Shown here piece after piece: positions 54,636-64,000 of a stretch of DNA of 64,000 bases. Under the pieces are notes generated by a model. The model saw only the letters and a list, made by a program, of their open reading frames with translations, had not been told where the DNA came from and did no database searches. The DNA is from Octopus sinensis (lineage: Eukaryota). The DNA is taken from positions 36,146,001 to 36,210,000 of the forward strand of contig NC_043009.1 of assembly GCF_006345805.1 (NCBI RefSeq). Direction: 5' to 3'. The position numbers and the translations under genes are program-made. Numbering within the stretch: the stretch's first letter is position 1; each line of letters opens with the position of its first letter.

Positions 54636-54775
54636 TATAGTATAGTATAGTATAGTATAGTATAGTATAGTATAGTGTAGTATAGTATAGTATAGTATAG
54701 TATAGTATAGTATAGTATAGTATAGTATAGTATAGTATAGTATAGTATAGTATAGTATAGTATAGTATAGTATAG
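54636..54775. repeat. (TATAG)n pentanucleotide microsatellite
   Basis: Read directly from the sequence; directly upstream of the SINE B copy, with further units after it. Confidence 0.95.
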
Positions 54776-54777
54776 AG

Positions 54778-55032
54778 GGCGGCGAGCTGGCAGAAACATT
54801 AGCACGCCGGGCGAAATGCGTAGCCGTATTTCGTCTGTCGTTACGTTGTGAGTTCAAATTCCGCCGAGGTCGACTTTGCCTTTCATCCTTTCGGGGTCGA
54901 TAAATTAAGTACCAGTTACGCACTGGAGTCGATGTAATCGACTTAATAGTTTGTAATCGATGTAATCGACTTAATCGTCTGTCCTAGTTTGTTCCCTCTG
55001 TGTTTAGCCTCTTGTGGGTAATAAAGAAATAG
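54778..55032 (+). mobile_element. SINE family B, full length
   Basis: ggcggcgagctggcagaaac...gagttcaaattcc...gggtaataaagaaatag; small internal duplication of gatgtaatcgacttaat. Confidence 0.92.
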
Positions 55033-55413
55033 GTATAGTATAGTATTTAGTGCGGGCTCTAGAGATGGGATGGGGGTAGTGGTCGACACAACATGAATAA
55101 GAAGAGAAGGTGCATGACCAACTAGATCCGAAGAACAGAGGCCGTTATAGAAGCCAGAGAAAATACAACGGAGCCAACGCATTACTAGGTAAAAGACTGG
55201 GTTGATCTGATAGGAATTTAAAAGCAATCAGTCGAGTGACCATTTTTGAATGACTGTAAAACTTGTTTGCATAAATCGATGTGCTGTTCAAGGTGAACTA
55301 ATCCATTCGATATACAAAGATCGACAAAGTGTCGATATGATTCACTAATTTATTACTAAAAGTTACAAATTGAATTCATTAGTTTTCCCAGTACCAATGC
55401 GATCCCACACTGG

Positions 55414-55844
55414 GGATCTTTTCGGTTTGAACGGCAGTTTTTAACATAATTTCTAGGTAACTAAAAAATTTTAAACTTCGTATACCTGTAGAATGTGTTT
55501 ATAAAACATCTTTTTCTCTTGACTTTATTGAGAAAATTCTATAGTTTGTAAGATATTTGTTGTTTTTTTCTTCAATTTCTGCAGTTTCAACCAATCACTG
55601 ACGTCTATTGAGGTAAAAAAAAACATTCTGTGCCGTATGAATATGTCTCTCGTTTAAGAAACAGATTGGGTTTATTTACATTTGTGAAGAAAAAAACCCT
55701 TCCCCCCACCCTTAACCCTAACTAACCCTAACCCTAACCCTAAAACAGACTGAAATGCAATAGATCGATACTAGGGTCATAATTATGGGTGACAATTTCA
55801 TATGACACCGCTAGAAAAAACTGCCGTTCAAACCGAAAAGATCC
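55414..55844. mobile_element. 431-bp MITE, probably Merlin-type, with internal telomere-like (CCCTAA)n
   Basis: Perfect 29-bp TIRs ggatcttttcggtttgaacggcagttttt; 8-bp TSD cacactgg at 55406-55413 and 55845-55852. GG termini with an 8-bp TSD fit Merlin (inference). Confidence 0.85.
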
Positions 55845-56337
55845 CACACTGGTTCTTATGCAATTGCGATTTGTCCTTTGGTACTAATGACTTCCAGTCC
55901 CTGGCATCAGGGGCTGATGATGTAATTAACTTGTATTCTTTGTCAAAATAAAATAAATGAAAATTTTATGCATGCTGTAAAGAAATAAATATTTTTTTAA
56001 ATATCGTAATCCATTAATTTTCAAAGTTAAAAATGTATTCGGTGTATATTATATTTTAAATTTTATTGAATTTCAGTTAAATTTCTTTTCCTGGCTGGAC
56101 GTGAAGCCATCGCAACAGTCGGACTGTTGTGTGCGGTGAAAAGTAATGTCAGCTAAAAGGAAGGCGGCGGCTTGTGGCAGACGACATCTACGTCAGTTGA
56201 ACTGTAACAAACAGACGACACAGTGTCAGGGATTGTTAGCAGCAGACGACAACTGTAACATAATCTGCTTCCATATGGGATAGACGTGTGTGTGAGTGTG
56301 AGTGTGTGTGTGTGTGTGCGTGTGTGCGTGTGTGTGC

Positions 56338-56380
<43 letters not shown>

Positions 56381-56426
56381 TGTTTGTGTTTGTGTGTATG
56401 TGTGAAAGTGTGTGAGTGTGTGTGAA

Positions 56427-56458
<32 letters not shown>

Positions 56459-56630
56459 CGTGTATGTGTGTGTATATATGTGTGTGTGGTGTGTCTGCTG
56501 ATCAGTGTGTAATTGTGTGAATTTCTACGTGTACACAGAGAGGAACAGGTAGGGAGAAAAGGAGATAGAGATAGAGAGAGGGGCAGAGAGAGAGATTGGT
56601 GTGTGTGTCTATATATATACATATATATAG

Positions 56631-56701
<71 letters not shown>

Positions 56702-57496
56702 GAGATGGAGAGAGAGAGAGAAAGAGAGAGAGAGAGAATGGTTATCGGATGTGTAATAACTGCGTGTAGGTGGATCTACAAGAGAGGGGGGGTAAATGTA
56801 ATAGATATGTATCTAGGTTTGGATGTGTCTGCACAAAATTGAGAAAGAGAGAGAGAGAGCGAGAGAAAGAGAGAGAGGGGGAGGGATGGAGAAAAAGAAA
56901 ATGTGTGCCTCTGTGTGTGTGTGTGTGTGTGTTGTGTGTGTGTGTGTGTGTGTGTGTGTATACGCGCGCGCACATGTGCGTAAGATGAGTTGGTATATGT
57001 GTGTTTCGTGTAATACATACGAGGCGGTCATTGTATAAGACAGAAGCAGATAGAGGGAGAGGAATATATATTACAAAGACGGAGAACGTTTCCTTCGCTG
57101 TGTATGAGTGGGCGTGTCTGTACTTGAGAGAAAAACACGACGCTGGAGAGAGAGAAAAGGAGGAAGGAAAGCCTAGTAAGATGGAATGTAATTAATGGGT
57201 AGGCGTGTCCAAGTAGGGAAAGGAGAAAGAAAATGACGAAGGAGGAGGAGGAGTGTATAAATTGGTGTTTATATGCCAAGAATGGATGTGTAAGTATAAT
57301 GTGCAAATATGTATGTATATAATATATATACTATATCATAAGTGAATGTATATTATGTGCATAATATTAATAATATATATAATATATATATAGCATATAT
57401 ATATATAATACTATGTATGCATACATACATAATATATATATATATTATATATATCTATATATATACTTATATATACATGCATATGTATGTACTTCC

Positions 57497-57545
<49 letters not shown>

Positions 57546-57601
57546 ATATATATATCTATATATATATATTATATATACATGCATATGTATGTACTCTTCC
57601 C

Positions 57602-57680
<79 letters not shown>

Positions 57681-57770
57681 TTTATACATGTATGCATGTG
57701 ACCGCGTGTGTACCGTTGGCGATTTTTTTTCCCCCTCTGTCTTCCCTTCTCTGGATCTTTCTTCTCCTAT

Positions 57771-57805
57771 GTTTCCGACGAAGAGCTCCGCTCGAAACGT
57801 TAAAC
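57771..57805 (+). ncRNA. Minimal hammerhead-like motif (U4C core variant)
   Basis: guuu CCGACGA a GAGC ucc GCUC GAAAC GU U aaac. Confidence 0.5.
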
Positions 57806-57934
57806 CCTCCTTCTTTCCTTCTTTCCTGGAGCGTCCAATAATACTATTTTGTTCCACGTCCTCGCGTTGTTCTGTTTTTTGTGCTTTCTTGTTTGGATTA
57901 ACTTTATATACATGTATGCATGTTTATATACGTC

Positions 57935-58030
<96 letters not shown>

Positions 58031-58053
58031 ATTATATAAAATATATATATATA

Positions 58054-58105
<52 letters not shown>

Positions 58106-58149
58106 AATGTCGAACGATGAAAATATATGTGTATGTATGTAAATATGTG

Positions 58150-58180
<31 letters not shown>

Positions 58181-58215
58181 ACACACACACATACATACAC
58201 ATATATATATATATA

Positions 58216-58253
<38 letters not shown>

Positions 58254-58622
58254 TATATATATATATATATATATATATACAGAGAGAGAGAGAGAAGAGA
58301 GAGAGAGAAGAGAAAGAGAAAGAGAGAAAGAAATAGAGAGAGGGGGTGAGTGAGAGAAAGACAAAGAGCTAAATAGGTTTGATCGTTTACAGACGCTTTT
58401 CTGAAGGGAATGCGTTTTGAAATCTCTGGTTAACATGGACAGAGAAGACATTATGATAAAAAGACGTTCCAGCAATGACCATCATAACTTTCTCAGACAA
58501 AGTCCAACTTCGGACTACAGTATTTAATGCTCCTTCCCACTTTTGTACGATAAAGTTTAGTTTCAGGACTCTTTTGACTTTTATTTCTAACAATTTGAGT
58601 GCCTACATATTGCTTCACTACT

Positions 58623-58707
58623 ACAGGTTGTTCACGGTCGGAGCGTCTTTGGTCATAGCAATTGCTACTGCACGATGACAACTGATTTAGAGTTAAACAA
58701 CAAATAT

Positions 58708-58768
<61 letters not shown>

Positions 58769-58827
58769 ACTACTACTACTGCTACTACTACTACTACTAG
58801 TGTTGTTGGTGTTGCTGCTGCTGCTTA

Positions 58828-58862
<35 letters not shown>

Positions 58863-58944
58863 ATATTTGTTTAACTCTAAATCAGTTGTCATCGTGCAGT
58901 AGCAATTGCTATGACCAAAGACGCTCCGACCGTGAAGAACCTGT
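58623..58944. repeat. Foldback structure: ~85-bp unique arms plus (TAC)n/(GTA)n inner arms
   Basis: acaggttgttcacggtcggagcgtctttggtcatagcaattgcta...ttagagttaaac versus its reverse complement ending 58944; 1 mismatch and one 3-bp indel. Confidence 0.93.
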
Positions 58945-59307
58945 TTTTCGTTTGACATACTCAAGTTATTATTGTTGTTGTTGTTGTTCTGCAGCCCGTC
59001 ATCTCATCTCCGCCTTACCAACTTTTCTCCAGTTTTTCTTGAATAAAACTTACAGCACGTAGTTGTATGTAGTGGTGTATGTATGGGGGAGGGTGTGCAA
59101 CACACACAGATCATGGACACCGGATATTGCATGCAACTCCCCAACTACGCCACCTTCTGTCTAGTACAGTAGTAAAAGTGTCAGTTGTAATAGCAAAAAA
59201 AGAACATAAGAAAACAAAAACAAAAACACCAACAGTAGTAAAATTAGCAGTAGCATCATCATCATCACCATAATCCTCATCACCATAATCATCATCACCA
59301 CCACCAT

Positions 59308-59338
<31 letters not shown>

Positions 59339-61475
59339 ACCACCACCACCACCACCACCACCACCACCACCGCCACCATCACCGTCATCATCACCATTTC
59401 CATTACGAACACCAGCACCAGCACCACCCCCAGCACCACCCCCAGCACCGCCATCATCAGCACCACCACCAGCACCACCACCGCCACCATCACCGTCATC
59501 ATCACCATTTCCATTACGAACACTACCCCCAGCACCACCACCACCAGCCACCACCACCACCAGCACCACCACCAGCACCACCATCATTGTCATCATCATC
59601 GCCATCACCGTCCTGATTGGCAGTGACTTAAGATCAATGACACGTGTCAGCTATCGTATGCAATGAACCAAATCCAGCCCAACATCCGGCCAGAAAGCGA
59701 AATTCATTGACCCGTGACGTATGTGCCATTAAATCTCCGCTCATTGCTGCTATCTTTCACTGCTGCACTCCCCCGTTACTTCCCTTGTTACGCTGGCTGA
59801 CCTAATGATGTGATCACGAGAAATTGATGTCTAACCTTAATTACATTGATAACAAAAACAAAAAAAAAAAATTAAAGATGGCGGATGGAAGGCAACGATA
59901 GACATGTTCTCTTGATTTGATTTTTTTCTTGACTGCGACCGTACTGGAGCTTCACCTTCAACGGTTTTAGCTGCCTGCCCCGCCCCTGGTGATCAATCTC
60001 GGAAAGATGGGCAAAAGGCTAAGTCAACGGAGGAATAAAAGAATGGAAACAAATAACACGACGTATTGTCTGTCGTGCAACGATCTATTGATTTTGCCAT
60101 TTCCAGGAAGGTAGTGCATACGTACATACACGCACACATACATGCATACATTCATACATACATATATACACACACATACGCACACGCACACACATACACA
60201 TACACGCACTCACACAAACACACACACATGTAAGATATTTTCTCTTTGGCTGCCACTTTCTTCAATTTCTGTTCCAATTGATTTCATATTTGGTGTACTG
60301 ACATAGTTTTGTATGCTAATCATTGATATGTAATTCATTTTTGCCATAAATCAATAAATAAAGAGTTCATAGCTTTTAAAGTTGTTAAATTCTGGGTAAT
60401 TTTAGCCAATTTTAGTCACATTCATGCCTGTTTCCATGGTAACATGCCAAACATGAGCACTCTTTTGCTTGCGAGAACGTATATGTTGACAAGCATATTC
60501 TACGTGAAACCACGTGCGTTCATGCTGTCTTCTGCTGCCTGTGTCCAACTATTGCTTTACTCTGGTCGTGATATGTGCTAAAAATAACACCTAAATAGGC
60601 CTTAAATCACGCACCCACCAATTTGTGTGTGTGTGTGAGGGGCATAATCGTATGAATTCCCGTGTGTAGAATATAAATTCGCAAAGATTTTCTGAAAAAT
60701 TCCCCAAAATAGAAGTTATGAAGGGTTATATGTCGTGCGTAAAGCAGAATTTGATTTATTTTCAGTTTCATATTAAAACACGTGCGATTTTCAGAATGTT
60801 GACAACTCGTTCAATACCGAAAATTTTAGAATTTTCACTAAACTTTGAAATTTCCGCAGGATTAGTCAGACAGAAAAGATCCCCGCTCACACACAAACAC
60901 ATGTATATATAGCAGTAAGTATGATCCAGAGATACAACTGTAGGAAGTTAGTAAGCTTCAGGCATTTATGCGGCTAGTACAGAAGACAAAAAAGTGGACA
61001 ATATACGATAAAACATTTTTATGAAACATCGTAAATTTCACACTTCTTCCCGAATCGAAACTAGAAACAGTTTCGATTAGCTGTCGGTTACCATACAACT
61101 CATGGTTTAGGAACTAAAGCTACTGAGAATGCGCATAAAAATCCAAAAGCTAAGGAGTGGAACAGATAATGTACGGACTACAAATGCTTCACAGCAAAGT
61201 TTAAGCTTGTTTGATAAGTTGAAACAAACATAAAAACCAACATAGCTAGCCTTCAGGTCTTTGTTACTGGAGATCAACAAAAATAGACCTTTTGGATATA
61301 TATATTGAGGGAGTGGAATAGGTAAAAATCCAGGCCACGTATGTACTATACATAAATTTTTAGCTAGCTAGCTACATGTATATATTTAGGGAGAGTATAC
61401 GAAAAAAACAAAAGACGAAGACAGGTGGTGTACAAAAACAGATATATTAGTATAACGCTCAGGAATAGAAAAAGT

Positions 61476-61511
61476 CTTTTACGTTTCGAGCCTACGCCCT
61501 TCTACAGAAAG
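61476..61511 (-). ncRNA. Minimal hammerhead-like motif (A6U core variant), same repeat family as 45695
   Basis: cuuu CUGUAGA a GGGC guag GCUC GAAAC GU A aaag; about 100 nt downstream are similar to 45730-45830. Confidence 0.5.
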
Positions 61512-62139
61512 GGACACAGAAAAAACAAGGAGAGAAATAAGGAGAGAAAAAAATGTGTGTAGTGGCTAACGATCTATCATGTACACACACATGCATGCAC
61601 AAACATACGCATACGCACACACACACACACATGTATAGATGTATGTATAAATCATAAGTGATATGCATGCTTATTCATTTATCCACAAACGGTTTTCAAT
61701 TTGGAAAAATTACTTCAAAATTTGGCAACCAGAATATCAGCGTAAACCAGATCATGGTCAGTAAAATATGACAATTCTCTTCTACTATAAAACGTCTTTT
61801 CGGCGCAATACACAGAAATATGTATACACCAAAACTTTTTTCTATTCAAAAGACAAAATCTAACATGTGATCTTTTGTTTAATTCTTTCTCTCCTTTTCA
61901 GTTGTATTATATACGCCAAATATACCTTATCAATACGCAGATCAATATATTTTCAGTTAAACTACAATACACAAATATTTATTCAATGAAAACATATTTT
62001 TATATTTGTATTTTCGGACATATAAATACTTAGAATAAAATGATTTTTCCCCTGTGTTAAAAAGTTAAAATTGCCTTAATTACATAAAAAATATACATGT
62101 ATATATATTTTGATGAATTTTCGAAGCATTTTTCAGTAT

Positions 62140-62176
<37 letters not shown>

Positions 62177-62181
<5 letters not shown>

Positions 62182-63021
62182 TAAACAGTAAAATTAATTA
62201 CAGACATGGACAAGAACATGAAACACCACAGAGACGACACAAGAACCACAGGACGGGACATTCGAACCCTCAGTCATCAGTCAAGAACCAGATCATCTTA
62301 GCAATTTCGGCTGATTAATCTTGAGATTGCTCCGATATGGCCAGCCCGCCAAGGGAAATCTAAGCCAAGCGCATTAGATCCCCTGGAAGAAAGCTTCGAA
62401 TGTATACAACGAAAGGACGGAAAACGATCGAAGACACACAAACAAAAATACAGAATACGTGACACCAATAAGAATACAAAAACGTAAAAACAATAACGGT
62501 AAAAATAAAAATAAACAACAAAACAAAACCAGGACGTAGGACAAGGGTCTTTCGACAGGACGATTTGAGTATGGGGCTGCTTGTGAAGTTGTGCCTAAAG
62601 GCCACGGGGAGACGAACAAATACGTGTTGCTTCTGAGGCTGCTGAAAACGAAAAGAGCGCTCAACAGCGGCTAGCTGTCACGTGAGAACAAACAGGAGAA
62701 AGGGACAGATGAAAAGGGAGAGAAGGTGGACGAGGAGGAGAAGAAGAGACAGATCGAGGGGCTGGAGGTGAGAGAGATAGAGAAACGTAGAAAGGGGGGG
62801 GGGACGGATGGAGAGGGAAAGAAAGGAAGTGGAATAAGGGAGGAGAGAGAGAGAGAGAAAAAGAGACAGATTAAGAGTCGTATCAAAGCTTGAGAAAAAA
62901 TTACTTATCGTATAAGGACAATGTGGATACGTAGCCGCCGATTATATAGGTAAACAGTAAAATTAATTACAGACATGGACAAGACATGAAACACCACAGA
63001 GACGACACAGAACCACAGGAC
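62177..63021 (-). mobile_element. Second non-coding element with partial terminal direct repeats
   Basis: Direct repeats at 62177-62254 and 62946-63021. Shares attaatcagccgaaattgctaagatgatc.ggttc..gactga.ga...ttcgaatg.cccgtc and ctcacgtgac with 39072-39963. Confidence 0.75.
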
Positions 63022-63044
63022 ATATATATATATGAGATATTGAA

Positions 63045-63745
63045 TTGTTAGAAAGGATCACAAAGTACAGTTCTCAAAATTGCTGCAGAACTTAATGGCC
63101 ACCTCCAGAACAGAGTTTCCACAAAAATTGTTCTCCGGGAGCTGCACAGAGCCGGATTTCACGGGAGGGCTGCAATCAGAATTATTTTCTCGGACGACTA
63201 ATCCTTTACCCTATTTCCGACCACCGGCCGAGTATAAGTGTGGAGATAGTCAAAAGAAGCATTTGACTCAGACTGACTTCTTCCAACTGGAGGAGTATCT
63301 GTGAGGATCTGGGTGGGGCTATATCTGGAAAATCCGCCGGTCCAATGGCTTCCCTTCATGGCAGAATTAATAGGTAAGACTATTTAAGCATTTTATTTGA
63401 TCAAATTCATCCTCTGGTTGCGGAACTGTTTCCGGCGGGAAGCGCAATCTTTCATGATGATAATGCACCAATTCACACAGCTAACGTTGTTACTGAATGG
63501 CACGAGGAACATTCTAGGGAAGTTGGAGATCTTATCTGGCCACCACAATCCTCAGATCTCAATATTATTGAACATTTATGGTGCGTATTAGGAAAACAAG
63601 CTAAGAGTCGATATCTACCACTTTGTACAAGTCCATACCTCGTAGAACTGAAGCTGTAATTACTGGCAAAGGCGGTCCTACTCCATATTAAAATAAATTT
63701 GTTTGAAAATTTAAGGTGTTTCCATTATTTTGCTCAGCCCCTGTA
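63045..63745 (+). mobile_element. Tc1-family transposase remnant, internally deleted, with right TIR
   Basis: KIAAELN...VLRELHRAGFHGRAA, IIFSD, AIFHDDNAPIHTA, WPPQSSDLNIIEHLW, SIPRRTEAVITGKGGPTPY*; ends tttccattattttgctcagcccctg-TA. Confidence 0.92.
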
Positions 63746-64000
63746 TACATAGACGCATACATATATAAATAAACACACATACGCACACATATATAAATAT
63801 ACACACACGCGCGCACACATACGCACACACAATATATATATATACATACAAACACATATATATATGTATATAAATATATATATGCATATATATATGCATA
63901 TACATATATACACATATGTAGATATGCACATATATACATATGGACATTTGTAAATACATACGTAGATATATGTAATATATTTATATTATGTGTGTATATA

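Noticed and set aside
55710-55743. (CCCTAA)n as a telomere or fusion scar
   Set aside because: Only about 5 imperfect units, and they lie inside a TIR/TSD-bounded MITE.
59111-59608. Gly/Asp-rich ORF with a duplicated VRNGNGDDDGDG unit
   Set aside because: A (CAC/CAT)n compound repeat with one ~50-bp internal duplication; no splice signals or non-repeat domain.

Overview
AT-rich, repeat-saturated animal genomic DNA. The SINE families, microsatellite load and transposon mix point to a coleoid cephalopod, probably Octopus (inference). I found no host protein-coding exon, tRNA, rRNA or CRISPR feature that I can support, so the window reads as a large intron or intergenic region. Nearly all ORF-track entries are translated microsatellites or SINEs. 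The real coding remnants are all decayed transposons: two mariner copies, one Tc1, RTE LINEs, Tx1/L1-like LINE 3' ends, R4/Dong-like RLE LINEs, and two copies of a Penelope-like (PLE) RT, one about 3 kb long. There are also three hAT-type MITEs (two with clean 8-bp TSDs) and one Merlin-like MITE. The most interesting signals are non-coding: (i) several minimal hammerhead-ribozyme (HHR) motifs in small dispersed repeats, including a tRNA-headed, HHR-tailed SINE inserted as an inverted dimer; (ii) ~0.8-kb non-coding elements with PLE-type partial terminal direct repeats; (iii) three long hairpins, one with perfect 125-bp arms; (iv) a SINE that occurs as tandem units and as a headless, TSD-flanked monomer. 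All family assignments are from motif recognition, not database searches.
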